From assembly GCA_963810095.1 (NCBI GenBank), contig CAWEMM010000012.1, forward strand, positions 416,001 to 480,000: DNA of 64,000 bases, in the 5' to 3' direction. The position numbers were made by a program, and so were the translations under genes. Source of the stretch: an uncultured Chloroflexia bacterium (GTDB lineage Bacteria; Chloroflexota; Anaerolineae; CG2-30-64-16). This document shows, one piece after another, positions 1-13,116 of this stretch (its first letter is position 1; every line of letters starts with the position of its first letter). Under the pieces are notes generated by a model, which searched no databases, was not told the origin of the DNA, and saw nothing but the letters and a program-made list of their open reading frames with translations.

Positions 1-2002
1 CCAGGTACAGATCGTCGGCAGGTGTCGGAATGTCGATGGCCGGGTTGGTGCTGCCCGACTTCGCATCGTCGTTACACCAGACCTGCTTGCTGCCCGTCGC
101 TACCACCATTAGCGTACTGTCGCCATCGCCGGCAAAGCTAAGGTGCAGGTTGTTCGCGGCGCCACTCCACTTGAAGGCATAGCCCGGCGCCCCATTCACC
201 AGGCCCGCGCAGCCGTTGTCCGCCGCCGCCGGAATGCGGAAGAGCGGGATATTGCCGTCAGCCGTGACGTCCACGGTGACGTTCGCGCCCGGCTTCAACT
301 CCGGCGCCGATGCCGTCAGCTTGTCGGCCAGCGCCTTGATGTTGGGCGCCAGCGTAGCCGCTGAAGGTGCGGCCTGCTCGACAGTCTGCGGAACCACCGG
401 CCGCTTCACCAGCGTGCCGAGGTTGAACGTACCCAGATCGACCGTCGGCTTCGTCGTCATCACCAGCACGCCCGGAATCAGGTTGTCCTTCTGCGCGCTG
501 CCCACCCAGATGCGGTACTCGCCCGGCGCCGGGTTCTTGACCTCGACGAACGGATCGAGAATCTGGCCCGAGGCGTTGTCGTTACATAGCAGCTCGCCCT
601 TGGGGGTCAGGACGACCAGCGTGGGATCGCCGTCGCTGTAGAAGAAGGCACGCAGTTGGTCGGCCTTGCCGTTCCATTTGACCGTCGCGACCGGGGACTG
701 GTTGATGTAGCCCGCGCAGCCCTTTCCCAGCAGGCTCGCGTCGACTCCGCCGCCCGCAAAGGCGCTCATGAAGGTCGGGTCAAGCGGGAAGCCGGCCGAT
801 AGATCGAGCGTAGCCAGCGAGGTGCGCAGCCGGCGCGCGATGTCGCTCGCCAGGTTGAGCTTCAGCCCTGCCTCACCCCACACGGCCTTGTCGAAGTCGA
901 CCAGGTTCAGGAAGGTCTTGTCACGCTTGAACGCCAGGACCACCGGCTTGTCGTACTTCGTACCGCCCTTGTCGGTCAGCGTCACGGTCACCGCGCCGTT
1001 GTTTTCCTCCCACTTGCCGCTCTCGACAATGGCCGTGTCTTTCCCGAAGTCCGTCGTGAACTCCGCAGTGCCGTCCGCCTTGAGGCGCATCAGGACCGAG
1101 CGGACCCCACCGCCGCTCGCAGCCCGCTGTAGCGACACGTAGGCCCGATCGCCCTTCGGCAGGATCGCGCCCGCCTTAGCGGCCGCGCCTGCAGCCGGGG
1201 CCGGGGTCGACTGGATGTACCCCGCCATCGCCGCGCCCTGTGCATCACGCAGCGTGAGCGAAGTGCCCTCGATCTTGAACGTGGCGGCATTCCCCAGAGC
1301 GGCGAGGTATGCGGCCTCCTGGTCCATCACCGCCTGGTCGCACGCCTTCATCGTGGACGCCAGCGGCCCGATCTTGATTTTGGCGCCGTCGGCGGTGTAG
1401 GGGCCGCTGTAAGTGTTGCAGCCGCCATTGCCGCTGAGTTGACCCTTGTCGTCAAAGACGGCCGTGACATCTACGCCCGCCATCGCCGATTGGAACCCAC
1501 CGCGGCCGTTGTTGTACATGGTCATCAGCCAGTTCGTGGCGACGAGCGGGGTGCCCTTTGCGCCTTTGTAGGTCAGCACGACGGCGCCGCCCGCGTCAGA
1601 GATCGTGAGTTGCTCGCCGTCGACTTTGTACGTGGCCGCGGCCTGCAGGTTCGCCAGGTACGCCTGTTCCTGGCCCATGACCGGCTCCGCACACATCATC
1701 ATCGTGGAGACGGCTTTGCCAACGGTGAGCTTATTGCCGTCGACCTGGTAGGCTGCCGTGTAGGAGTTGCAGCCTGCCGAACCGGCGACACGCCCACCGG
1801 CAAACTCGGCGCTGACCGTCACGTCGGGAAGCGCCGTGGCGGTTTTGCCCTGGGCGTCCTTGTAGGAAGCAAGCACCCAGCGCACGCCCTCGAGACCGGG
1901 AGCGTTTTGTGTGGCAGCACGCCCCGCCGAGGCCACGGCGGCCGAGGCCACCAGGATCAAGAGTAGAGCGAGAATCGTGATTGGGAGCACACGTTTCTTC
2001 AT
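1..2002 (-). CDS. Secreted multidomain protein: signal peptide, two META (HslJ-like) domains, further beta-rich repeated domains; runs off the window edge
   Basis: Not in the ORF track because it is truncated. Manual translation from ATG 2002 (SD AGGAGG upstream) gives MKKRVLPITILALLLILVASAAVASA, then two META-like repeats (VAGSAGCNSYTAAY..STMMMC; LSGNGGCNTYSGPY..STMKAC), then two copies of GCAGxxN..P..W.G....L...F..DGDxTL...CND. Confidence 0.8.
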   Translation of the reverse strand, partial: MKKRVLPITILALLLILVASAAVASAGRAATQNAPGLEGVRWVLASYKDAQGKTATALPDVTVSAEFAGGRVAGSAGCNSYTAAYQVDGNKLTVGKAVSTMMMCAEPVMGQEQAYLANLQAAATYKVDGEQLTISDAGGAVVLTYKGAKGTPLVATNWLMTMYNNGRGGFQSAMAGVDVTAVFDDKGQLSGNGGCNTYSGPYTADGAKIKIGPLASTMKACDQAVMDQEAAYLAALGNAATFKIEGTSLTLRDAQGAAMAGYIQSTPAPAAGAAAKAGAILPKGDRAYVSLQRAASGGGVRSVLMRLKADGTAEFTTDFGKDTAIVESGKWEENNGAVTVTLTDKGGTKYDKPVVLAFKRDKTFLNLVDFDKAVWGEAGLKLNLASDIARRLRTSLATLDLSAGFPLDPTFMSAFAGGGVDASLLGKGCAGYINQSPVATVKWNGKADQLRAFFYSDGDPTLVVLTPKGELLCNDNASGQILDPFVEVKNPAPGEYRIWVGSAQKDNLIPGVLVMTTKPTVDLGTFNLGTLVKRPVVPQTVEQAAPSAATLAPNIKALADKLTASAPELKPGANVTVDVTADGNIPLFRIPAAADNGCAGLVNGAPGYAFKWSGAANNLHLSFAGDGDSTLMVVATGSKQVWCNDDAKSGSTNPAIDIPTPADDLYL

Positions 2003-2239
2003 TGGGGGATCCCCCTCCTATCTACCGGGCCCCTACTGGTCTACGCAAACGAGCCGCGGTTAGTGAAGTATAACCCCAATACCGCTCAGAAATCACCCAA
2101 CAATCGGCTAGGTTTCGTCCAATCGCGGCGAACGAAGCCCGCCCGCCCGGCGGCTGGCATCCCGACTTCTGTGTTCGACACCTGCGCGGTTCAGCTGCGA
2201 TTCGCACGAGCGAAAGGTGTCGAATGCGCTATTCCTCAC

Positions 2240-2268
2240 TGGACAGCGGCGCGCGATTGCCCTACAAT
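2240..2268 (+). promoter_or_regulatory. Putative sigma70-type promoter for the ECF operon
   Basis: TGGACA-N17-TACAAT about 65 bp upstream of ATG 2335. Confidence 0.45.
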
Positions 2269-2334
2269 TCCCATGCTTAACACACCGCCGCGCAGGTCTG
2301 TCGCTTGCGCGGTCACTGCAGGAGGAGGAATCGC

Positions 2335-2952
2335 ATGAACCGGAGGTTCAACACGCTCACGCTCGCCCTTATTCCCGTCGCGATTGCGATCAACATCGCG
2401 ATCGGTCAGATCATCGTCCTCCTCAAGCTGCCGATCTACCTCGATTCGATCGGTACGGTGCTGGTTGCCCTGCTTGCCGGGCCGATCGCGGGCCTGGTTA
2501 CGGGAGCACTCTCGAATCTGATCTGGGGCTTGTCGGGGCTGAATCCGACCTATGCCCCGTTCTTCTACGTGGCAGGCGTGATCGGGCTTCTGGCGGGCCT
2601 GTTCGCCAAGTGGGGCTGGGCGCGGAAGATCTGGATGTGGGCACTTGCCGGCCTGATCACGGGGTTGGTGGCTGCGGTTATTTCGGCGCCGACCGCGGCC
2701 GTGGTGTTCGGCGGAGTGACCGGCGCAGGGACGGATCTGATCGTCGCCGCGCTGCGGGCCTCGGGCGCAGGGATCATGCAGGCGACGTTTGGCCAGGGAC
2801 TGGTTTCTGACCCGCTGGACAAGCTCGCCAGCTTCCTGATCGTGTACTTGATCGTGCTTGCACTGCCGCTGCGGCTGCGGGTGCGGTTCCCGATGGCCGA
2901 GTACCTGCCGGGCACAACCGAGACGACCAACGCGACGGGGACCCGCTCGTAG
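2335..2952 (+). CDS. ECF transporter S component (substrate-specific)
   Basis: SD GGAGGAGG then ATG 2335. Very hydrophobic ~205 aa with LKLPIYLDSIGT..L.GP..G motif, directly upstream of EcfT and two ATPases. Confidence 0.85.
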   Translation: MNRRFNTLTLALIPVAIAINIAIGQIIVLLKLPIYLDSIGTVLVALLAGPIAGLVTGALSNLIWGLSGLNPTYAPFFYVAGVIGLLAGLFAKWGWARKIWMWALAGLITGLVAAVISAPTAAVVFGGVTGAGTDLIVAALRASGAGIMQATFGQGLVSDPLDKLASFLIVYLIVLALPLRLRVRFPMAEYLPGTTETTNATGTRS

Positions 2953-2994
2953 CGCCTCGCTCGTCCGTGATCCAGGATCAACGCCAACCGTCCC

Positions 2995-3780
2995 ATGGCG
3001 AACGCATTTAGCCTGTACGCACCCAGGCAAAGCGGCCTGCACCGCCTGCATCCCCTGACGATGCTGGCGGTTGTCGCGTTCTGCCTGGTTGCCGCGCTGG
3101 CGCTGCCGGGCCCGTGGGGGCCCTACGTCGTCTTTCTTCTCATCCTGCTGCCCCTGGCCGCGTGGGGCCAGGTCCTGCCGAACCTGGTCTCGTCGGCGCT
3201 CAAGATCACGATCCCGTTCGCGATCTCGGTGTTCCTGATCCAGGGCCTGTTCTGGACGAATGGAACCCCCGTACTGTATATCGGGCCGTTCTCGCTCAAA
3301 AGCGAAGGGCTCCTGTTTGCGGCCCAGAGCACCGGCCGCATTCTTGCCATCGTCGGCAGCTTCCTGTTGCTCTCGCTGACCACCCGCCCGGATGCCCTGA
3401 TGATCGCGCTCGACCAGCGGGGCGCACCGAAGGCGCTGACCTACATTGTGCTCGCCACCATCCAAATCGCCCCCCGGTTCCAGGCGAAGGCCAACACCAT
3501 CCTCGACGCGCAGCGGGCGCGCGGGCTGGAGACCGAGGGCGGCGTGGGCCGGCGCATCCGCGCCCTGCTGCCGCTCGTCGTCCCACTGGTGCTGGGCAGC
3601 ATCATCGACATCGAGGAGCGCGCCATGGCGCTGGATGCCCGGGCGTTTTCGCGTGCGGGCGCCAAGACCAGCCTGCTCGTGCTGCATGACTCGACCGCGC
3701 AGCGCGTTACCCGCATCCTGCTCGTGCTGGGCGCCGTGGCTTCCGTCGCGGTGGGCATCTGGCTGAGGCGGGTGCTGTGA
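2995..3780 (+). CDS. ecfT: ECF transporter transmembrane T component
   Basis: S.LHRLHPLT N-terminus and the two Arg motifs AQRARG and ALDARAF. Confidence 0.9.
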   Translation: MANAFSLYAPRQSGLHRLHPLTMLAVVAFCLVAALALPGPWGPYVVFLLILLPLAAWGQVLPNLVSSALKITIPFAISVFLIQGLFWTNGTPVLYIGPFSLKSEGLLFAAQSTGRILAIVGSFLLLSLTTRPDALMIALDQRGAPKALTYIVLATIQIAPRFQAKANTILDAQRARGLETEGGVGRRIRALLPLVVPLVLGSIIDIEERAMALDARAFSRAGAKTSLLVLHDSTAQRVTRILLVLGAVASVAVGIWLRRVL

Positions 3781-4706
3781 ATCATCCTCCTCCGACACCC
3801 GCTGGCGCACCCGCGATCGTGGTCCGTGACTTCACGTACACGTACCCCGCCTCACGGCGGCCGGCGGTCTGCGAGATCAACCTCGAACTGGCCGGAGGTC
3901 AGTTCCTCGGCATTGCGGGGGCCAATCTCGCCGGAAAATCGACGCTCTGCTATGCGCTATCCGGCTTCATCCCGGATTTTTACAACGGCACCGTCGCAGG
4001 CGAAGTCCGGGTTGCGGGCCATGACCTGATTCACACGCCGCTGGCCGAACTGGCGGGCGAGATCGCGCTGGTCTTTGCGAACCCCTTCAACCAGATCACG
4101 GGCGCGCGCTTCACCGTACGGGAGGAGTTGGCGTTCGGGCTGGAGAATATGGGCTGCCCGCGCGAGGAGATGCTGCCACGCATCGACGAAGCCCTGCGCC
4201 TCACCGGGCTGGCAGACCTGGCCGAACGGTCGCCCTATGCTCTTTCCGGCGGCCAGCAGCAGCGGTTGGCCATCGCGTCCGTCATGGTGATGCGGCCAAA
4301 AGTGCTCGTGCTCGACGAGCCCACCTCGCAGCTGGACCCAGTGGGCACGCGGGAAGTGTTCGAGACGCTGGACGGCCTCACGAAGTCGGGCATGACCGTG
4401 GTGTTGGCCGAACACAAGCTGGAATGGATGGCGGTGCATGCCGATCGTGTGCTCGTGCTGCACGAGGGCAAGATCGTGAAAGACGGCCCCCCGCGCGAGG
4501 TGCTGGCATCGCCCGACCTGGTGCAATACGGCCTGGCGCCCACCCGCTACACACAGGCGGCCCTCCTGGCGGTGGAGCAAGGGCTGGCGCCTGCCAACCA
4601 CCTGCTGCCGGTGACGCTCGATGAGGCGATAGCCTTCTTTGGCGGGACAGTCTCCGCGGCCCCTGCCGGCAACGCCGGCTCAATCTCCTCGGGTGATGGC
4701 GCATGA
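3777..4706 (+). CDS. ecfA: ECF transporter ATPase (A component)
   Basis: Walker A GANLAGKST, LSGGQQQR signature, LDEPT Walker B; GTGA overlap with ecfT. Confidence 0.9.
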   Translation: MNHPPPTPAGAPAIVVRDFTYTYPASRRPAVCEINLELAGGQFLGIAGANLAGKSTLCYALSGFIPDFYNGTVAGEVRVAGHDLIHTPLAELAGEIALVFANPFNQITGARFTVREELAFGLENMGCPREEMLPRIDEALRLTGLADLAERSPYALSGGQQQRLAIASVMVMRPKVLVLDEPTSQLDPVGTREVFETLDGLTKSGMTVVLAEHKLEWMAVHADRVLVLHEGKIVKDGPPREVLASPDLVQYGLAPTRYTQAALLAVEQGLAPANHLLPVTLDEAIAFFGGTVSAAPAGNAGSISSGDGA

Positions 4707-5509
4707 ACATCACCGTCACCGGCCTGACCTTTACCTATCCATCCGGTGTCGAGGCACTGCAAGGGGTGACGCTGACGATCCAACCCGGCGAGGCGGTGGC
4801 GATCGTCGGGGAAAACGGCGCGGGCAAGACAACCCTCGTAAAGCACTTCAACGGGCTGCTGCGCCCGAGCGGGGGCAGCGTTGTCGTGGGCGAGTGGGAC
4901 ACCTGCAACTACTCCGTCGCCAAGCTTGCATCACGAGTTGGGTACGTGTTCCAAAACCCAGACGACCAGCTCTTCGAACGCACGGTGATCAAAGAAGTCA
5001 GTTTTGGGCCGCGCAACCTGGGCCGCAGCGACGCCGAGAGCCGGGCGGCCGGGCTCGAAGCGCTGGCGGCCGTGGGCCTGCAGGGTCGCGAGGCGACCCA
5101 TCCCTACGACCTGCACCTGTCGCAGCGCAAGCTGCTCGCGCTGGCAGCCGTCCTCGCTATGCGCACGCCCGTCATCGTGCTCGACGAGCCAACCACCGGG
5201 CAAGACGCCGCGGGGCTCGCCACGATCGGGGGCATCGTCGAGCAACTCAAGACCGAGCGACGAACGGTCGTCACCATCACGCATGACATCGACTTTGCAG
5301 CCGAGCACTTCGAGCGGGTGATCGTGATGGCCCGGGCCAAGGTGCTCGCCGACGGGCCCGCGACCGGCGTGCTGAGCCGGGAAGACGTGCTCCATGCGGC
5401 GGAGGTTGAGGCCCCACAACTCGCCCGCCTCGCCCGCGCCCTAGGTCTCGAGGGCACGCCGCTGACACCCGCAAATTTCGTAGCGCGAATGGGACGCAGA
5501 TTGAACTGA
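4703..5509 (+). CDS. ecfA: ECF transporter ATPase (A' component)
   Basis: GENGAGKTT, FQNPDDQLF and LDEPTTGQD, with a degenerate signature (LHLSQRK). Confidence 0.9.
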   Translation: MNITVTGLTFTYPSGVEALQGVTLTIQPGEAVAIVGENGAGKTTLVKHFNGLLRPSGGSVVVGEWDTCNYSVAKLASRVGYVFQNPDDQLFERTVIKEVSFGPRNLGRSDAESRAAGLEALAAVGLQGREATHPYDLHLSQRKLLALAAVLAMRTPVIVLDEPTTGQDAAGLATIGGIVEQLKTERRTVVTITHDIDFAAEHFERVIVMARAKVLADGPATGVLSREDVLHAAEVEAPQLARLARALGLEGTPLTPANFVARMGRRLN

Positions 5510-5593
5510 TCGAACTGATTGCAACTGATCTTCCCGGAGAGAGACACCCATCATCGGTTCAGATCTGTCAGGTCAGTCCAAGCTGCGTCCCAT
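5489..5593. repeat. Palindromic intergenic repeat, family B (GGACGCAGATTGAACTGAT...ATCAGTTCAATCTGCGTCC type)
   Basis: Terminal IR ATGGGACGCAG/CTGCGTCCCAT with internal GAACTGAT repeats. It supplies the ecfA' stop codon. Confidence 0.75.
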
Positions 5594-5616
5594 CCTGACT
5601 CCTGTAAGGAGCGAAC

Positions 5617-6582
5617 ATGCCTGCACCCGTCGTCGTGATTGCCGACCTGATCGCCGACCTGGCGATGCACATCCCCGCGTTCCCCGTCCAGGCCACCGAC
5701 CTGACCGGCGTCACTTACCTGCAGCTGGGCCCGGGCGGCTCGTGCAACACCGCAATCATGGCCGCTCGCATGGGCCTGCCCGTCATGTGCCTGGGCGAGT
5801 TGGGGTACGATGCATTCGGAGAGGCGGTGCTCGAAGGGCTCCAGGGCGAAGGCATCGACTGCGATCAGATCATCGTCAGCCCGGCCGTGCGCACCCCCGT
5901 AGCAGGCGTTATCGTCGATGGTGCAGGAGAACCCGCGTACCTCGGTTACCGGGGCGAGCTGCGCGTTCGCAGCCTGCCGAGCCCCTGGCGCGACGAGATT
6001 CGCGGGGCGTGTGCCCTCTTCGCCGACGGCTGGGCCGAGAACGAGGGGGTTGGCCGGCTGGTGCTCGAGGCGTTCCAGGAGGCGGCCGCCGCGAATATCC
6101 CCAGCTTCTTCGATCCCGGCCCCGGCAACCCCGCCGTCGACAATGACTGGCACAAGGACGTCGTGCGGCTGGCGCACGTAGTGCTGGCCAACGAGAAGGA
6201 GGCGGTCCGGCTGACAGGCGCATCCGATGCCTTGAGCGCGGGGCAGGCGTTTATCGAGAGCGGCGTCAAGCTTGCCGTCGTAAAGCGCGACGTGGCGGGG
6301 TGTTTGCTCGTAACCAGGGAACAGTTCGAGATCGCACCCGGTTACCCGGTGCCCGTGGTGGATGCGACGGGCGCGGGCGACAGCCTGGCGGCCGGGATCA
6401 TCTTCGGCCATCTCAACGGCCTCTCGCTCCCTAACCTGGGGGTGCTGGCGAACGCGATTGGCGCGGCCAAGGTGCAGAAGCGGGGCACCGGCTTGAACGT
6501 GCCCACCCGTGCCGAGGTGCAAGCCGTGCTGGTCCGGTTCGGCGAGGACGCCGAGATCATCAACGCAAAGGGGAACTGTTAG
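5617..6582 (+). CDS. PfkB/ribokinase-family carbohydrate or nucleoside kinase
   Basis: GPGGSCNTA, ANEKEA and the VVDATGAGDS signature. Confidence 0.9.
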   Translation: MPAPVVVIADLIADLAMHIPAFPVQATDLTGVTYLQLGPGGSCNTAIMAARMGLPVMCLGELGYDAFGEAVLEGLQGEGIDCDQIIVSPAVRTPVAGVIVDGAGEPAYLGYRGELRVRSLPSPWRDEIRGACALFADGWAENEGVGRLVLEAFQEAAAANIPSFFDPGPGNPAVDNDWHKDVVRLAHVVLANEKEAVRLTGASDALSAGQAFIESGVKLAVVKRDVAGCLLVTREQFEIAPGYPVPVVDATGAGDSLAAGIIFGHLNGLSLPNLGVLANAIGAAKVQKRGTGLNVPTRAEVQAVLVRFGEDAEIINAKGNC

Positions 6583-6584
6583 CC

Positions 6585-7208
6585 ATGACGATGGATGGCC
6601 CTGACGAGGTCGCGGGTGTGCGACGTGTGTTTCAGCAGTACCAGGACTTTTACACGGCCCGGGAGCGTGCGAATGTGGACGCCTGCATGGACTTGTTCAC
6701 GGCGGACCCTGAGGTCGAAGTGATCGGGACGGGTGCGATCGTTCACGGGACGGACGAGTGGTGCGACGGGCCCGAGTTGGTGCGCCAGCTAACCGAGGGT
6801 GACTGGGAGGGATGGGGCGACGTGCGCTTTGATGTCGACGGCGCCCACGTGCACGTGCGCGGCGACGTTGCCTGGCTCGCCACCACTGCCACAGTCACCA
6901 CCACGTACCCCGTCGAGGATAACCTACGGCAGGCGGTGGCCCGCGCCAAGCAAGTGCTCGACGCGCCGGGCGACGACGAGAGCCGCCTGCGCGAGATGTT
7001 GATGTGGGCGACGACTGCGCTGCACGAAGCCGGTCGTGGCGAGGTCTACATCTGGCCCATTCGCTTCACCGCAGTGCTGGTCCGCGAGACGGGTGGGTGG
7101 AAGTTCCACCAGGCGCACTTATCCTTCCCCACGCTCCGCTTTCCCCACGAGCGCTGGACCGAATCGTCCAGGTCGTCCTCACACCGGGTCGACGCCACGG
7201 CGGAATAG
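6585..7208 (+). CDS. SnoaL/NTF2-like protein with a helical insertion
   Basis: VIGTG...EW..G...VR, GDVAWL and RFTAVL.RE.G.WKFHQAHLSFP. Confidence 0.7.
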   Translation: MTMDGPDEVAGVRRVFQQYQDFYTARERANVDACMDLFTADPEVEVIGTGAIVHGTDEWCDGPELVRQLTEGDWEGWGDVRFDVDGAHVHVRGDVAWLATTATVTTTYPVEDNLRQAVARAKQVLDAPGDDESRLREMLMWATTALHEAGRGEVYIWPIRFTAVLVRETGGWKFHQAHLSFPTLRFPHERWTESSRSSSHRVDATAE

Positions 7209-7310
7209 AAAGCGGGCGCAGGTAGACGGTGCGGCGCTGGATTGACGGGACGGTCTAGGACGGTGCGCGAAATCCCGTCAATCCATCCGGTCCGCGTTTG
7301 TCTGGTCCCA

Positions 7311-8354
7311 TTACTTCACGGCCCGAATCAGCGCGTTGACGCCGAGCGGTTCGTACTCGAAGGTCAGGCTGTCTGCACCGAACGGCGTCTGCGCGAACAG
7401 CTCGCGACACTCGCTCTCGCTGCGGTACTTCCATTCCGGCCCCAGCATCCACTCCCGAATCATTCGCTCGGCGACGGGGAGCGGGCCAGGAGCCGATCCC
7501 AGCAGCAGCACCCCGCCAGGCCGCAGCGCCCGGAACCCGGCCTGCAGGAAACGCGGGATGCGATTGTCCGGGAGCTGTTGCAACAGCGACTCGGCGTAGA
7601 GGATGGACACGGACTCCCGCGGACACTCGGGCCCGTCCAGCCACTGTAGCGGATCGGCCATCCGGCAGCGGACGCGACTGCCGAACGCGGGCTTGAGCGT
7701 CTGCTCGGCATTGCGCACCGCCTCGCGGCTCTTGTCCATGCAAATCAGCCGGCCTGCTCCGCTCGTTGCCATCACGCTTGCCAGCGGCAAAAGATCGTAG
7801 CCGCCGATGTACTGAAGGCTGACGAAGTCCATCGGCTGCTCGCGGGACGAGAGCAACCGGCTCGCTTCGGCGGGCAGGCGGCGACCAAGCAACTCCACCC
7901 AGCTGACGTAGGCTTCGCCTATACGATTGTGGACAAAGTAATCGTCGATCAAGCGCGCCGCCGGGTCGGCGCCCGCCGAGAGCCCGGCTCGGAGGTGCTT
8001 CACGAGCTCGTAGCGCGACGGCCGGTGGCGTTTGTCGTGGGCAACGAAACTTGTCGTCGGGCTCCCGACAGAAATCTCATAAACCCGTTCCAACACGAGG
8101 CTTTGCCCGGCGGCCACCCTCTCCGGCGTAGGTCGGGTGTCCATGAACTCCTGAATTGCCAGACCCAGTCTTTCCATCGCACCGTAGACCTCGGACCGGT
8201 GGCGCTCGATGGCCGCGTCGGCGACGCGCGGCGTCCCCGGCCCGACCTCGTCGGTGATCAGCCGGAGGAGATCGCCCACTGCCTGCAGCTTTTCGGCGAT
8301 TGCGCTGAGATCGCGTTCGGGCATCATGTGCTGGGGCGCACCGGCCTCACTCAT
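7311..8354 (-). CDS. Class I SAM methyltransferase-fold protein, PhcB-like, degenerate motif I
   Basis: C-terminal ILYAESLLQQLPD...LRPGGVLLLG...EW...W.YRSE.E.REL...FEYEPLGVN pattern. The GxGxG position reads LQYIGGYDL. Confidence 0.6.
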   Translation of the reverse strand: MSEAGAPQHMMPERDLSAIAEKLQAVGDLLRLITDEVGPGTPRVADAAIERHRSEVYGAMERLGLAIQEFMDTRPTPERVAAGQSLVLERVYEISVGSPTTSFVAHDKRHRPSRYELVKHLRAGLSAGADPAARLIDDYFVHNRIGEAYVSWVELLGRRLPAEASRLLSSREQPMDFVSLQYIGGYDLLPLASVMATSGAGRLICMDKSREAVRNAEQTLKPAFGSRVRCRMADPLQWLDGPECPRESVSILYAESLLQQLPDNRIPRFLQAGFRALRPGGVLLLGSAPGPLPVAERMIREWMLGPEWKYRSESECRELFAQTPFGADSLTFEYEPLGVNALIRAVK

Positions 8355-9268
8355 ACAGACCTCCCGACCGCGCGCCGCGCTGAGATAACCACCGTATCCG
8401 CCTGGAGCGCTCGAATCTGGCTAGCGGCCAAGTCAAACGGTGAACCCGAGAGCAGCGACCGCCACATCTCCTCGTCCAGGTAATGCCACTCCATGCCGAC
8501 AAATGCCGTCGCCAGCGCGCGGGTGGCGCGCGGCAAGGTTGGAAGATAGCTGCCGGCGAGCAGTACACCCCCTGGCTTCAGGAATGCAGCGAGCTGCCGA
8601 GTGAACACCTGGGCGGCATCGAGCGAAAGCACATCGTACTGCGTCACACCATAGACGATATCGAAGGGTCGAGTGGGCCGGCCGGGATGGGTTGACAAGT
8701 GGGCGGGGGCCGCTCGAAGGACGCCGGCTCTGATTCCTACGTGGTCTTCCAAACCCTGCCGGGCATGGCGCAGCGCGTGGGTGTCGGAATCGACGATCAA
8801 CACCGACAAGTGGCATGCGAGGTTGCGGTCTGTGAGCGCACTGCCCACGTTGAGCAGGCTGCTCGCGCCCAGGAACATGACCCGCAGTTCCCGGGGCTGC
8901 TCTCTGCACCGGCTCGTCACTTCGTCGTGCAGCATCTGCACCATTGCCTCAGCACGGGCGCGAAGGGCAATCGCGCCGGGACCGCGCTGGTAGAAGTCGT
9001 CCAGGAGCAGCGTCGGAATGTCGAACCCGGCCGGCCGGCCGTCGATCAGCAGGCCGTGCAATTCCGCCGCCTCAGCCTTCGTGGCTGCCCAACTCTCGGC
9101 CCTGCGGAACACGGGCAAGGCGCGGGAAGGGGTGAGCACCGGCTCGAGGATGTGGGAACGGAGCAAGCCGAGGTCGACGGCGCCGCCGGGCGCATCCAGA
9201 AAATCGGCGAGCGACTGTCCCAAGGCGACCATGGCCGCAGTGAGCGGCTCGCGATACTTGTCCACCAC
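8351..9268 (-). CDS. Class I SAM methyltransferase-fold protein, PhcB-like paralog, degenerate motif I
   Basis: IVDSDTHAL, FDIVYGVTQYDVL and LKPGGVLLAG. The stop overlaps the downstream ATG (ATGA). Start uncertain: GTG ~9268 preferred, ORF extends to 9487. Confidence 0.6.
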   Translation of the reverse strand: MVDKYREPLTAAMVALGQSLADFLDAPGGAVDLGLLRSHILEPVLTPSRALPVFRRAESWAATKAEAAELHGLLIDGRPAGFDIPTLLLDDFYQRGPGAIALRARAEAMVQMLHDEVTSRCREQPRELRVMFLGASSLLNVGSALTDRNLACHLSVLIVDSDTHALRHARQGLEDHVGIRAGVLRAAPAHLSTHPGRPTRPFDIVYGVTQYDVLSLDAAQVFTRQLAAFLKPGGVLLAGSYLPTLPRATRALATAFVGMEWHYLDEEMWRSLLSGSPFDLAASQIRALQADTVVISARRAVGRSV

Positions 9269-9549
9269 GCGCTTCCGCACATCGAACGGATGAATGCCCG
9301 CATCATCACGCGCCGCATGGAGGACGCGGCAGAACGGCCGCGACCTGCGCATGTAAGGCCGCGGCCTGTTCCGCGTCTGGAACTCGACCGTTCGGAGACG
9401 GCGCACCGTCCTGAACTGAACTGCTGTGAGGCATTCTGGCGCTCGTGACGACAGGGCACGACAGGTTCCGGCTCGTGCCGGCCGCAACAGGATTTCCGCT
9501 ATGTCTACATGAACGCCATTGCAGCCGATATTACGCTACCTCCTGTGAG

Positions 9550-12792
<3,243 letters not shown>

Positions 12793-12902
12793 GGACGTGC
12801 TCCTTAGACAAAGGGACCTCTGTATACGACAAGACATGCGGGACGGAGGACCATGCGCCACGGTCGGCGGCGCTGCCGCGCGGCAAGTTGCCGCTCACAT
12901 AA

Positions 12903-12911
12903 GTGTACCAT
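12903..12911 (-). promoter_or_regulatory. Putative extended -10 promoter for glyA-gcvT
   Basis: TGGTACACT on the minus strand about 110 bp upstream of the ATG, followed by a GCGGCAA-C-TTGCCGC palindrome. Confidence 0.35.
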
Positions 12912-13088
12912 ACAACCTGGACGCGACGAATTCTGGCAGCGCCACGCGCAGGCTTCGGACCAGGCAGGCACGCCCCGTCCTCGCGGGGCTGACTTGCGAG
13001 AGGGAGATCCCGGAGGTACGACGAGAGGTCGGGAAGAGCACCCGGAGCTCGGGCTGCCTTCGAATTTCCTGCCGCGGAACACCGAGGG

Positions 13089-13116
13089 TTGAATGCTGCG
13101 GCGGCCGGTGTATGAT
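13089..13116 (+). promoter_or_regulatory. Putative sigma70 promoter for the M24 peptidase
   Basis: TTGAAT-N16-TATGAT. Confidence 0.45.
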
